32,000 bases of DNA from Nonlabens ponticola. Lineage in GTDB: Bacteria; Bacteroidota; Bacteroidia; Flavobacteriales; Flavobacteriaceae. Every line of letters starts with the position of its first letter. Position 1 is the first letter of the stretch. Below are positions 1 to 8,983 of the stretch, in pieces. The notes below the pieces were generated by a model. It was given only the letters and a program-made list of their open reading frames with translations. It ran no database searches and was not told where the DNA came from. The position numbers were made by a program, and so were the translations under genes. The stretch is from NCBI RefSeq assembly GCF_003966335.1, contig NZ_CP034549.1, positions 2,340,001 through 2,372,000 on the forward strand. The letters are read 5' to 3'.

Positions 1-1326
1 ACTAATCCTATTGGATATTCTATTTCCTTGAGCATTAAGGCGATTCAGCCTAGTTTCTAATGACCTTATATAATTACTCAATGAAGATTTAATCGCTGTA
101 CGCAATTTTTGTATTTCAGCTTGTAAATCCTGAACCACTGGATTCAAGTCTGTTGCAACCTCGCTTGCTCTTATATATTGTAAAACAAGTGTGTTGTACT
201 GATCAATTGTGTTATTGATAGAAGCACTAGAGAGAATCTCATTTGCTGGTAACAACTCTTGATTATCTAGATTTTCTATAAAATTATTTAGATCTGTGGC
301 AATTTGGAGTTGTGTTCTAGCTTCAATTTCGCGTGTCAGGTACTCTGCGTTATTTGTCAAGTTTAAGGCAGTTTCGGCCTGTATATCAGTCAAATTATTA
401 GAATCCTTGAAACTCTCTTTGCGATATTCTACTGAGTCTAGCGAAAGTGCCACGCTGGCCAGACGTTCATCAATAAAATTGACCGTATTACGGGCAACAA
501 TATTCTTATCTTCCGTAGCGTCCTTATTATATTCAATAGCCAATTGATTTAAAATATCAGCAGCTTTTGCTGGTACTGGGTCTTGAATACTCAAATTGAT
601 TACACTTCCTCGAGCCACTGCTGCCTCAACATTCAACAGACTTGCATACTTTCTTGCGACGTCCTCGACAGATGCTACTTGGACCTTATAAACATCTTCT
701 GGGTAAGATCTAGACTGCGTTACAACTGTATCATTTTCTTTATTATCAATTTTAGATAACGTAGGTACGAAAGCCACTTCAGTTCCTTTATAGTAAAATG
801 ATTCACCAAATTTTACACTATTAGAATAGTTGTTTTCCTCGTCGACAAGATTGATAATAGTATCAGATGAAATCTTGGCCTTAAAGCTAAAACTCTTAAA
901 GTTTTTTGGTGATCTTAAATCATTGGCTACAATTAATTGGAACGGTAGATTTCCATAAGCCTCAGACGTTTTAAAATTACCTTCTCTAAAATAGGATACT
1001 CTCAAATTGAGTTGTTCAACTACATTTGCCATCATTCTTCTAGATGTCAAAACTTCAATCTCATTTTCTACGGTATTGAAGCTGTTACCTAAAACTCCTA
1101 AATCTCCCAAGGCACCTAGTTCTGAAACACCACCTGCTCTAGTATCCTTGATAAGGATAGAAGAGTCAGCCTTATAAATTTCAGTGGTATATCTTAAATA
1201 AACAAGAGCAATAGATAATAAGAGTAAAACACATAATAAAAATAACCACCATTTTTGAAGGTAAGGTTTCAATTGTTCCTTCAGGTCTGTATTTTGTTCG
1301 CTAGTGATACTACTATAGTTTTCCAT
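1..1326 (-). CDS. wzc: Polysaccharide chain-length determinant / tyrosine autokinase (Wzc/Wzz family). The N-terminal 442 codons are present; the 3' end lies beyond the window start.
   Basis: Not in the ORF track because it runs off the window. The reverse complement from the ATG at 1326-1324 reads MENYSSITSEQNTDLKEQLKPYLQKWWLFLLCVLLLLSIALVYLRYTTEIYKADSSILIKDT... and looks open to position 1 (both ends translated by hand, the middle not checked codon by codon). It has an N-terminal TM helix followed by a Wzz-like region. Its start overlaps the wza stop as TAATG, and it occupies the usual position downstream of wza. Confidence 0.75.
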   Translation of the reverse strand, partial: MENYSSITSEQNTDLKEQLKPYLQKWWLFLLCVLLLLSIALVYLRYTTEIYKADSSILIKDTRAGGVSELGALGDLGVLGNSFNTVENEIEVLTSRRMMANVVEQLNLRVSYFREGNFKTSEAYGNLPFQLIVANDLRSPKNFKSFSFKAKISSDTIINLVDEENNYSNSVKFGESFYYKGTEVAFVPTLSKIDNKENDTVVTQSRSYPEDVYKVQVASVEDVARKYASLLNVEAAVARGSVINLSIQDPVPAKAADILNQLAIEYNKDATEDKNIVARNTVNFIDERLASVALSLDSVEYRKESFKDSNNLTDIQAETALNLTNNAEYLTREIEARTQLQIATDLNNFIENLDNQELLPANEILSSASINNTIDQYNTLVLQYIRASEVATDLNPVVQDLQAEIQKLRTAIKSSLSNYIRSLETRLNRLNAQGNRISNRIS

Positions 1327-2186
1327 TATCGAGTTGTGAACAAGATTACTAGTGATATTACAGTTGAGGCAATAGAAAGATATAAAGCATTATTCTTATC
1401 AAATGAAGCAGCATTAGCCTGGGTACGATTTTGACCTACATAAAGAACATCATTTTGTTGCAGATAGAATAAATCACTGTCAAGGACATCAGTTTGAGTA
1501 AGGTCAATGGTATGACTCTCTTGCACTCCATTTACATCTCTCAATAAGAGAACATCTTGTCTTTTACCGTATAGGGTAAGATCTCCTGCCAGACCCAAGG
1601 CTTGCGGCAATGTCAAACGTTCATCGGTGACAAAAAATGTTCCTGGTTGCGACACTTCTCCCAAAATGGTGATTTTAAAATTTGCAAACCTTATAGTAAG
1701 AACTGGATCTACGATGTATTTTTTGTATTCTTCCAGTAGCTCAGATTCTAATTGAAATCTTGTCTTACCGGCAACTTTCCACATACCTAATTCCGGCAAA
1801 TTGATATAACCTTTATTATCCACCAAATAGTCCAGCAATTTAGGCTGTCCATTTATGCTTGACAGGTCTGAATCTTCAGCTGATGGTGCGATTCTATTAT
1901 AACGGTTTGCCACACTCATGTCTGAACTTGTAACGATGATAGATAATCTATCATTGTATTTTATGATAGATTCATAAATCGGAGGTTCAAATTGCTTCTG
2001 CTCTGCAGCATCTTGAAAATAGAGGATTTTCTTTTTTGACGTACAGTTAGAGAATGTAATACTTATAAAAAATATCGTGATTAAGAATTTAAATCGCACA
2101 CAGGATGTTTTAAGGAATTGCAAATATAGCAAATGATTATTCTGATTTTGCTGGTAAGTCGAGTACCTCGTAAATACTATTTTCAC
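1326..2186 (-). CDS. wza: Polysaccharide export outer-membrane protein (Wza / BexD-CtrA-VexA family)
   Basis: 286-aa ORF. The N-terminus ends in a lipobox-like ISITFSNC. The body looks Poly_export/SLBB-like (RLSIIVTSSDMS, TLYGKRQDVLLLRD, NDVLYVGQN) and ends in a hydrophobic C-terminal helix. It sits between the capD-like and wzc-like genes. The listed GTG start at 2186 overlaps the upstream gene by 50 nt, so the true start may be an internal TTG near 2130. Confidence 0.8.
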   Translation of the reverse strand: MKIVFTRYSTYQQNQNNHLLYLQFLKTSCVRFKFLITIFFISITFSNCTSKKKILYFQDAAEQKQFEPPIYESIIKYNDRLSIIVTSSDMSVANRYNRIAPSAEDSDLSSINGQPKLLDYLVDNKGYINLPELGMWKVAGKTRFQLESELLEEYKKYIVDPVLTIRFANFKITILGEVSQPGTFFVTDERLTLPQALGLAGDLTLYGKRQDVLLLRDVNGVQESHTIDLTQTDVLDSDLFYLQQNDVLYVGQNRTQANAASFDKNNALYLSIASTVISLVILFTTR

Positions 2187-4089
2187 TAATGAATTCTGGC
2201 ACTAATTTTTTGAGTTTTGATATCATAAAAATATCCTCGCCATTCTCTGCCGCGGCAGCTATTTCAATGATATGATTTAACACATCATCAAGCGCCATCG
2301 GTTGGTCTGTGGCGCGCATAATTTTTTTATGGTGAGTTGGCAGTGTCGTAGCCTTATCACTTAATAGCTCCTCGTAAAGCTTCTCACCTGGTCTAAGCCC
2401 AATGACTTTAATTTCAATATCCTCTCCAGGCTCATATCCTGATAATTTTATCATCTTGTGAGCTAGATCCATAATACGCACAGGATCACCCATATCAAAT
2501 ACAAAAACCTCACCACCTTGACCCATTATTCCTGCCTGCAATACTAGTTGACATGCCTCTGGAATTGTCATGAAATAGCGTATGATATTTTCATGAGTCA
2601 CTGTTACGGGACCACCTTCTTCTATTTGCTTTTTGAAGTGCGGAATTACAGATCCATTAGAACCCAAAACGTTACCAAATCGGGTGGTGATAAATCGAGT
2701 ATCTGTTGAAACATCATCAGCAAGTGCTCTAACATATATTTCTGCAGCACGCTTACTCGCACCCATAACGTTAGTGGGATTAACCGCTTTGTCTGTACTT
2801 ACCATAACAAACCGATCAACCTTAAATTGGGACGATAAGTCTGCTAGGTTTACTGTTCCTAAAATATTCACCTGTATGGCTTCGGTAGGATTGCGTTCAA
2901 TAAGAGGCACATGTTTATAAGCAGCGGCATGAAACACAACAGAGATCTTATGCTCTTCAAAAATGTTTACCAAGCGATTTTTTTTACGCACATCACCTAA
3001 TAAAAACAAATAGTCAACATCAGGAAAATTCTTAAGCAATTCAAGCTCAAGCCAGTGAAGAGGTGATTCTGCCTGATCTAAAACAATAATTTTTTTAGGC
3101 TTGTACTGACTTACCTGCCTTACGATCTCACTTCCTATAGATCCAGCACCACCTGTTATCAGTATAGTCTCATTATTCAAATAACTATTGATCTGGGTAT
3201 CATCAAGATTTATGGGATGACGATCAAGGAGATCCTCGATCTGGATTTGCTTAATATTTGATACAATATCTTTTTGATTGTCGTAAGTAGTGATGGCAGG
3301 TGCGTCATAAATACGCAAATCATGTTCCAATGCCTTATCCACTATCCTGTTCTTGTCATAATTTGACAACTTGTTAGAGACAAATATCAATGCATCAATG
3401 TCCTGTGGCAAGATGGTTTCAAAAAAAGTGCTATCGTATTTGAAGATGGGCGCACCCAAAATTTTTATTTTCTGGTATCGCTTTTTAAAGCTTACAAATC
3501 CAGCCAGTTCAAAGTTTTGATTGTCAGAAATGGATAGCGCCTCACCTACTGCAATTGTATCATCATCGACACCCATTAAGAGCACGCGCATTTTTGATTT
3601 TCCTAGATTAGTAAAATAGGCATAAATCGATTTGATGACTAGTCTAAACATCATCATTCCTACAAAAGTGAACAATGCATTTATCGCGATAAACGGAAAA
3701 AGAAAAATCTTATCGCCGAAGAAAAAATCATAGGAATAACTTACCGATAAAAGAATGAGCGAACTCATCGCACTTGAAAACGCGATTTTAAAAATATCGA
3801 CAAACGTACTGTGTCTTATCAGCCCAGCATATGTTCCTATGATAAAAAAGGTAGATAGATAGACGAGTGTTACAAATAAGCACTCCTGTGGTGCAGTCAA
3901 AACATCGTAGAAAACGACATTCATTTCTGCAACAATGGAAAAGCTCACAATGAATGAAAGTACGACGATGCACAAGTCAATGGCAATGACTATCCATCGC
4001 GGCAAGTAACGTAAATTGCGAACGCGCAATTTGTTATCTCCATTCCAAAGGAGATGCTTGACACGCCTTTTAAAATAACTCCAAGTCAA
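2137..4089 (-). CDS. capD: Membrane-anchored UDP-GlcNAc 4,6-dehydratase / polysaccharide biosynthesis protein (CapD / PglF / WbpM family)
   Basis: 650 aa. Several N-terminal TM helices precede an extended-SDR Rossmann motif (LITGGAGSIGSE). VSTDKAV plus MGASKR match the Thr-Asp-Lys signature of PglF/WbpM-type dehydratases. The ORF opens with a TTG at 4089. Confidence 0.85.
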   Translation of the reverse strand: MTWSYFKRRVKHLLWNGDNKLRVRNLRYLPRWIVIAIDLCIVVLSFIVSFSIVAEMNVVFYDVLTAPQECLFVTLVYLSTFFIIGTYAGLIRHSTFVDIFKIAFSSAMSSLILLSVSYSYDFFFGDKIFLFPFIAINALFTFVGMMMFRLVIKSIYAYFTNLGKSKMRVLLMGVDDDTIAVGEALSISDNQNFELAGFVSFKKRYQKIKILGAPIFKYDSTFFETILPQDIDALIFVSNKLSNYDKNRIVDKALEHDLRIYDAPAITTYDNQKDIVSNIKQIQIEDLLDRHPINLDDTQINSYLNNETILITGGAGSIGSEIVRQVSQYKPKKIIVLDQAESPLHWLELELLKNFPDVDYLFLLGDVRKKNRLVNIFEEHKISVVFHAAAYKHVPLIERNPTEAIQVNILGTVNLADLSSQFKVDRFVMVSTDKAVNPTNVMGASKRAAEIYVRALADDVSTDTRFITTRFGNVLGSNGSVIPHFKKQIEEGGPVTVTHENIIRYFMTIPEACQLVLQAGIMGQGGEVFVFDMGDPVRIMDLAHKMIKLSGYEPGEDIEIKVIGLRPGEKLYEELLSDKATTLPTHHKKIMRATDQPMALDDVLNHIIEIAAAAENGEDIFMISKLKKLVPEFISENSIYEVLDLPAKSE

Positions 4090-4115
4090 TTAGCGAATTT
4101 TATAGGAAATATAAT

Positions 4116-4145
4116 ACAAAAAGCACCGCTGATGCGATGCTTTTA
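4116..4145 (-). terminator. Rho-independent terminator downstream of the LTD gene and mini-ORF
   Basis: The minus-strand RNA reads AAAAGCAUCGC-AUCA-GCGGUGCUUUUUGU. This is an 8-bp GC-rich stem (4122-4129 pairs with 4134-4141) with one G-U pair, a 4-nt loop and a U-tract. On the plus strand the same position is a C-A mismatch, so the hairpin favours the minus strand. Confidence 0.7.
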
Positions 4146-4166
4146 AAAATAATATGATAAGTGAAT

Positions 4167-4346
4167 CTACTTTTTCTTGTATAATCTAGCTACTCCTATC
4201 ATCATACCAGCAGCCATCGCATAAGCGATTCCTGGGATAGGTGCCGCCTCTGTATCATTAACATCTTCTTCAAAAGAAGGTTGAGCCATCGCTGTCATTC
4301 CTACAAATAGTAAACAGGCAGTAATTGTCAGTTTAAGGGATTTCAT
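4167..4346 (-). CDS. Unlisted 59-aa secreted or membrane mini-protein: signal peptide, acidic spacer, then a PIPG / hydrophobic helix / KKK tail
   Basis: Hand translation gives MKSLKLTITACLLFVGMTAMAQPSFEEDVNDTEAAPIPGIAYAMAAGMMIGVARLYKKK*. The ATG at 4346 lies 5 nt after the stop of the 1105-aa gene. The TAG at 4169-4167 lies 25 nt before the terminator hairpin. At 59 aa it is shorter than every ORF listed in the track (the smallest is 61 aa). Confidence 0.5.
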   Translation of the reverse strand: MKSLKLTITACLLFVGMTAMAQPSFEEDVNDTEAAPIPGIAYAMAAGMMIGVARLYKKK

Positions 4347-4351
4347 AGTAT

Positions 4352-7300
4352 TTATTCTAAAATTAATTTAAGAGTAGTTTGCTCATTTTCCTTTTGAAGG
4401 TTCAACAAATATAAACCTCTAGACAAATTTTGCAAATTTTTAAGAGTATCATTTTGATGAGAAATCTCACCTTTTCTCACTATCTGTCCCAAAGTATTCA
4501 CTAATGTGTAATTATAGGCAGATCCTTGCTCAAGATTTGCAATCCTTACCACTCCATTGCTTGCAGGATTAGGGTAAAGTGATAACGCTTTCGCGAAAGC
4601 GGAATCATCATCAAAACTTAAGGTGGAAGACTCAAATTGTAACTCAAATCTATCATCACGACTAGCTGAATCATCAGTAGTCTCAAATTGCAAAGTATTG
4701 ATATTATCAACTGATAAGGTTATCACCTCACTAGTAAAATTATCTACCAATAACACCTTGGTATTTTCAAGGCCTCGATAATCAATGGATAGCGTCAGTA
4801 CCTCATCAGTCAAACTTGAAGTGGTCAGCGCAATACTTTCTCCGTTAACTGGTAGCGCTCTGCGTTCGATAGCATATGCTCTCTCGCTCAAAGTAGTCAT
4901 GATCTGGTTTCTTGCTCCTTTTAACTTTGGAATATCAGTAAGAGAAACCTCATTTGTCTCGTTTACATCAAATATCAATGTTAGCTCATCAGCATTATCA
5001 TCACCTTGTAAACCTAAGGAAACATTGATCACGCCTTGTGGCTCGCTGTATGTAGCTGTAGTCTGCGTATCTAGTGTCTTGTCGTCTTCCTCAAATGTAA
5101 GTTGAGAATCGATGACGCCATTAAAATCTGTATCAGCACGTAATAAAAAGAATGCCTGGCCTGGTTGCACCAAAGGCGTTACAGCGCCAGTGCCACCATT
5201 AAGTAAATCTACTTCCACATAATCTTGTGTCGATGGCAAGTAATAGTAATAAACGTTAGGATTGAGATCCTGGGCTGGAGATGCCGTTCCTGTTCCTAAA
5301 ACCGTGCGCATGTCAACCTGTGCTTGATACGGGTTACCTACCAATACAAATGTTTCATCTTGACCGCCAGTTACTGATAGATCTGGAGACTGTGGTCCAG
5401 TTGCTAGTGTACCTGTGCTACTTAAGGTAGTGACAGTCGCAGATTGATTGGCAGCTGTTAGGTCAATTGTACGATCACCTCGTATCAAGACATTAAACGC
5501 ATCTCCTGCGCTAGGTGATAAACTATTTGTTGCAAGACCGTTGTCAGAGTTTATGAATGTAAATTGTTCAGCATCTCTTGCATCACGCTGTGCCTCACTT
5601 GTAGCGCCGTCATAATTGTAATCGTTATTAAACAGATATGCGCTAGGATTATTTGAACCAGACTGGTCAAAGCCGTCTGCAGTGGTACCACCTGTGATCA
5701 ATATTCCTGATTCTGCCTCAAAACCCTCATCGCCAGGAAGCAAACCACCTTGCTGCCAGTTTGAAAAGATTGTCCCATCCATATTCACCGGTGATGAGAT
5801 GAATCTAAAGGCACGATTGGCTGGATAATACTGCTCAACCGTCACGTTTCCTGAGATGGATCCGTTTACTACTGGAGCCAGTATTGCGGACGATGTCGCA
5901 TCACTCTTAAATGTGAAACTATCATTAGTGTCCAATGTACCATTTGTCAACGTTAAAACACCTTCTAGATTAATTGCCGCAGTAGCGTCAACACCTGTGG
6001 TGTTATTGATGATCAGGTTTTCTACCGTTAAGTCTGATCCTGAAAGTGTTTGCAAGGAAGACCCAGCGAAATTCAAGGTTCCTTCATTTGCAACAAGGTC
6101 TCCATTGTTGTCAAGATTACCATTGAGGTTAATGGTATTTGTTGCTATATCTAGTGTCGTACCTGACCTTGTGGTAATGTTGTTGATATCAACATCACCG
6201 CTAATCGCTGCGTTACCTGTAAGAATAACAATATTATCAGTGCTTACAGCTACACCTTCTGGAGTTTGTGGGCTCCATGCACCATTATCATAAGAAAACA
6301 CATTTGCTGTTGTGGATCCTTCAACATTTCCTGGGGTGGCGTCTGCAGCATTTGCCGTGGCGATGGTCCACTGACTAGCATTCCATACTGTTGTAGGGTT
6401 GTTTAAAAGATCTGTGCGATAGGCTCTTGCGTTTTCATATTCCCAAGCCTCGCCGCTACCATCTACTCCTATCTCACCGTAAACGTCAAATAAGGTTCCA
6501 GATCCAGGAGTGCCAGCATATAGCCCAAAGGCGTCATTACCATTTACGTTTATAATACCGCTTGTATCGTTTGCAGAAAATCCATAAGTAGATAAAAAAG
6601 ATACTTCACTTGAAGCAATTACATAATACGCACCTGCTCTCAAAACTCCATCTAGGACTACTACTTGCGAATCAGTATTACCATTGGCAAATCTTGCCAG
6701 ATAAATTGGTGTCACCTCAAAATCTATATCCTCAACGCCGTTGTTGTAGATTTCTACAAATCTGGCCGAGGCATTGTCTGCTGGATCTGCTATCTCAGAA
6801 AGAATAAGTGTAGGTGCAGGAACTGGATCCATGACCCTGTAGTCGAATGTAGCACTTGTTGATTCTAGGGACTCTGCACTATCATCTGTAGCAACAATTC
6901 TATAGTTGACGGTAGATCCATCTGCCTGTACAGGAATCGCTGCGGCATAGCTGTCACCATCTGCTGTCATGATGATCGCTTGATCAAAAAAACCATTAAA
7001 CGTATCGCCAGATGCAGTCACTGCATACTCGAGTACAACGCCGTTAGTAGCGATGCCATCTGCATCAGTAACATCTGCAGCTACTGTTACCTGTGTAGTT
7101 GAGAAAATATTAGCATTGCGTGCTGGAGATTGTAAGATGTCTGTAATGATAGGAGCCTGGTTAGACCCTGCCATACCACTAGCAGTTAATACTAAGTTGC
7201 GCAGACGCACGCCTCGCCCAACAACTCCTGCATTAGAAATTCTCACTACAACTTGTGAGGACACGTTTGATAAAACGATATCACCGCCATCTATGTAACT

Positions 7301-7669
7301 ACTTCCGGATTGTGGTGTGTTAGTATTGTTAGCTTGGGTAAACGTAGTACCACCATCAAACGAGAATTCGATCAAAGCTGGATTTCTCTGAGAAGCACCG
7401 CCAAACGTGGCCACTCTCACATTAAAAGTCGCCGTTGCAAATGCAGAAAGATCAAAGCTAGAACTTGTAATTACATCAGATGGATTGCCCGCATCCACCA
7501 AGTAGTAGGAACTCCTATCTATTGAATTGCTGGTTTGATTATTTGTTCCTATCCAGCCTTGCGGCAAATCACCACCACCGGCAAGATTGAAGATCTCTGT
7601 TTGAGCACTAATCACCGTTGTTGACAAGCTAACGATCACCAACGATAAATAAAGTAATATTTTTTTCAT
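4352..7669 (-). CDS. Large secreted cell-surface protein with a lamin-tail domain (LTD) and a C-terminal T9SS type-A sorting domain
   Basis: 1105 aa. The N-terminal signal peptide is MKKILLYLSLVIVSLSTTVISAQ. An LTD-like segment reads LILSEIADPADNASARFVEIYNNG. The central region is Asn/Thr/Gly-rich and looks like beta-helix repeats. The C-terminus (LSLYPNPASNGVVRI...GLYLLNLQ...TLKLILE) is typical of Por/T9SS CTDs. Confidence 0.8.
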   Translation of the reverse strand: MKKILLYLSLVIVSLSTTVISAQTEIFNLAGGGDLPQGWIGTNNQTSNSIDRSSYYLVDAGNPSDVITSSSFDLSAFATATFNVRVATFGGASQRNPALIEFSFDGGTTFTQANNTNTPQSGSSYIDGGDIVLSNVSSQVVVRISNAGVVGRGVRLRNLVLTASGMAGSNQAPIITDILQSPARNANIFSTTQVTVAADVTDADGIATNGVVLEYAVTASGDTFNGFFDQAIIMTADGDSYAAAIPVQADGSTVNYRIVATDDSAESLESTSATFDYRVMDPVPAPTLILSEIADPADNASARFVEIYNNGVEDIDFEVTPIYLARFANGNTDSQVVVLDGVLRAGAYYVIASSEVSFLSTYGFSANDTSGIINVNGNDAFGLYAGTPGSGTLFDVYGEIGVDGSGEAWEYENARAYRTDLLNNPTTVWNASQWTIATANAADATPGNVEGSTTANVFSYDNGAWSPQTPEGVAVSTDNIVILTGNAAISGDVDINNITTRSGTTLDIATNTINLNGNLDNNGDLVANEGTLNFAGSSLQTLSGSDLTVENLIINNTTGVDATAAINLEGVLTLTNGTLDTNDSFTFKSDATSSAILAPVVNGSISGNVTVEQYYPANRAFRFISSPVNMDGTIFSNWQQGGLLPGDEGFEAESGILITGGTTADGFDQSGSNNPSAYLFNNDYNYDGATSEAQRDARDAEQFTFINSDNGLATNSLSPSAGDAFNVLIRGDRTIDLTAANQSATVTTLSSTGTLATGPQSPDLSVTGGQDETFVLVGNPYQAQVDMRTVLGTGTASPAQDLNPNVYYYYLPSTQDYVEVDLLNGGTGAVTPLVQPGQAFFLLRADTDFNGVIDSQLTFEEDDKTLDTQTTATYSEPQGVINVSLGLQGDDNADELTLIFDVNETNEVSLTDIPKLKGARNQIMTTLSERAYAIERRALPVNGESIALTTSSLTDEVLTLSIDYRGLENTKVLLVDNFTSEVITLSVDNINTLQFETTDDSASRDDRFELQFESSTLSFDDDSAFAKALSLYPNPASNGVVRIANLEQGSAYNYTLVNTLGQIVRKGEISHQNDTLKNLQNLSRGLYLLNLQKENEQTTLKLILE
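4586..4601. repeat. Iterated palindrome copy 1: CGCTTTCGCGAAAGCG (16-nt perfect palindrome; core at 4587-4600)
   Basis: Exact match to the 14-nt core GCTTTCGCGAAAGC. It lies inside the LTD/T9SS gene and encodes S-AFAKA-L. Confidence 0.95.
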
Positions 7670-7688
7670 GCCTAAAATTATTTTTCGG

Positions 7689-7696
7689 CAAAAATA
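7689..7696 (-). promoter_or_regulatory. Candidate Bacteroidota sigma-A -7 box (TAnnTTTG) for the LTD/T9SS gene
   Basis: The minus strand reads TATTTTTG, with 19 nt between the box and the ATG at 7669. It lies in the 143-nt intergenic gap. Confidence 0.35.
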
Positions 7697-7812
7697 CTCT
7701 TTGGATAGGCTGGTAAAAGCCGGCTAATATTATCTCAAGGTTAAATGCGATATACTACATAATTAGCCTGTTTAAAGTCATGCTAGATAGCTGGCTGTTA
7801 AACAAATGACTA

Positions 7813-8958
7813 CTAGCTATCAAACGTTTTTACCACTACCGCTTTTATACGTTCACGGTCGGCGTCTGTGAGGTTAGATCCTGACGGTAGGCATAGGCCT
7901 TTTTCAAATAGATCCTCGCAAGTACGGTCATCACCATAATAAGGATACTTCTCATAAAGTGGTTGCATGTGCATGGGCTTCCACAAGGGTCTGGACTCAA
8001 TATTGTCTGCTTCAAAGGCTAGCCTAAGATCTTCGCGCGTGAGGCCGCCCGTTTTTTCTGGATCTACTAGAATAGCGCTGAGCCAATGGTTTGAGAAGTA
8101 ATCGTCGTTTTGCTCTACCTGCACGGTCACTCCATCCACATTCTTGAATATATTTTGGTAAAATGTATTCATGGCGCGTCGCAATTCAATATGCTTGTCA
8201 AGAACTTGCATTTGCCCGCGACCTATGCCCGCACTTATATTGCTCATGCGATAATTAAAACCTACCTGACTGTGCTGATAATGCGGTGCCGCGTCTCTAG
8301 CTTGAGTGGCGAGAAATACCGTTCTGTCCTTGGCCTCTTTGGTATGGCATACCATCGCGCCACCACCACTGGTTGTTATGATTTTATTCCCATTAAAACT
8401 AAGGATCCCATAGTCTCCAAAGGTGCCACACTTGCGATTTTTATAAGTGCTTCCCAGCGCCTCGGCACTGTCCTCAATGACTTTTAGGTTGTTAGCTTTC
8501 GCGAAAGCGTGAACAGCATCAACTTTATAGGGCATACCGTAGAGATGGACTGCGAGCAAGGCCTTAGGAGTCTTGCCTTGCTTGACACGATCTTTATAGG
8601 CCTGCTCCAATGCGTCGGGACAAATATTCCAAGTATCAGGCTCACTATCAACCAGTATAGGCGTTGCGCCTAGGTATAAAATAGGATTAGAACTACCGCA
8701 GAAGGTGAAGCTTTGACACAGTACCTCATCGCCGGGACCAACTCCAGCCTGGATCAATGCTAAATGAATCGCTGCTGTACCACTGCTCAATGCGGCAACA
8801 TGAGTAACTTGACCTTGATATGCTTCTAGATCTTTCTCAAACCCATTGACGTTGGGACCTAAGGGCGCTACCCAATTGGTATCAAAAGCCTCATTTACAA
8901 AATCTCTCTCTGTGCCTCCCATATGTGGTGAGGACAACCATATTTTATCGTTTGACAC
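7813..8958 (-). CDS. DegT/DnrJ/EryC1/StrS-family PLP aminotransferase (PglE/WbpE-like UDP-4-keto-6-deoxy-HexNAc aminotransferase)
   Basis: 381 aa. SFNGNKIITTSGGGAM matches the PLP-lysine motif and the fold-type I pattern of sugar aminotransferases. It is adjacent to a PglD-like acetyltransferase and PglC-like transferases. Confidence 0.85.
   Translation of the reverse strand: MSNDKIWLSSPHMGGTERDFVNEAFDTNWVAPLGPNVNGFEKDLEAYQGQVTHVAALSSGTAAIHLALIQAGVGPGDEVLCQSFTFCGSSNPILYLGATPILVDSEPDTWNICPDALEQAYKDRVKQGKTPKALLAVHLYGMPYKVDAVHAFAKANNLKVIEDSAEALGSTYKNRKCGTFGDYGILSFNGNKIITTSGGGAMVCHTKEAKDRTVFLATQARDAAPHYQHSQVGFNYRMSNISAGIGRGQMQVLDKHIELRRAMNTFYQNIFKNVDGVTVQVEQNDDYFSNHWLSAILVDPEKTGGLTREDLRLAFEADNIESRPLWKPMHMQPLYEKYPYYGDDRTCEDLFEKGLCLPSGSNLTDADRERIKAVVVKTFDS
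8495..8508. repeat. Iterated palindrome copy 2: GCTTTCGCGAAAGC (14 nt)
   Basis: Exact core. It lies inside the aminotransferase gene and encodes H-AFAKA-N. Confidence 0.95.
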
Positions 8959-8983
8959 TGTGCTGTTTTAAATGTAAAGGTAA

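Noticed and set aside
326-448. Half-site-like strings ATTTCGCG (326-333) and GCGAAAGT (441-448) within wzc.
   Set aside because: They are 8-mers about 110 nt apart that do not form a palindrome. Matches of this length are expected by chance in 32 kb.
296-547. Plus-strand 83-aa ORF, together with the other plus-strand ORFs in the track that lie inside long minus-strand genes. Examples are 2633-2920, 4785-5105, 5856-6293, 6610-6862, 7053-7525, 8110-8487, 9571-9840, 10262-10522, 13108-13473, 13872-14126, 14567-14845, 15693-15962, 21914-22147, 23473-23712, 24076-24270, 28393-28656, 29002-29244 and 30365-30646.
   Set aside because: Each lies antisense within a longer CDS that has clear family motifs. 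Their translations are low-complexity or skewed and carry no recognisable motifs. They are typical shadow ORFs.
3681-3692. 12-nt perfect palindrome TTATCGCGATAA in capD, which shares the TCGCGA centre with the iterated motif.
   Set aside because: About 32000/4^6 = 8 perfect 12-nt palindromes are expected by chance in this window. I counted 9 TCGCGA sites in total, close to the roughly 8 expected, so the hexamer itself is not enriched.
3788-3973. Minus-strand 61-aa ORF nested in capD, and minus-strand ORFs 13191-13430 and 14935-15126 nested in larger minus-strand genes.
   Set aside because: These are out-of-frame overlaps inside well-supported CDSs. The peptides are Cys/His/Arg-rich nonsense-like sequences with no independent start context.
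7697-7812. Possible terminator after the aminotransferase gene (AGTCAT...ATGACT arms and the AGCCGGCT palindrome).
   Set aside because: The stems are only 6 bp, with a 24-nt loop or no loop, and there is no U-tract. This is not convincing as an intrinsic terminator.
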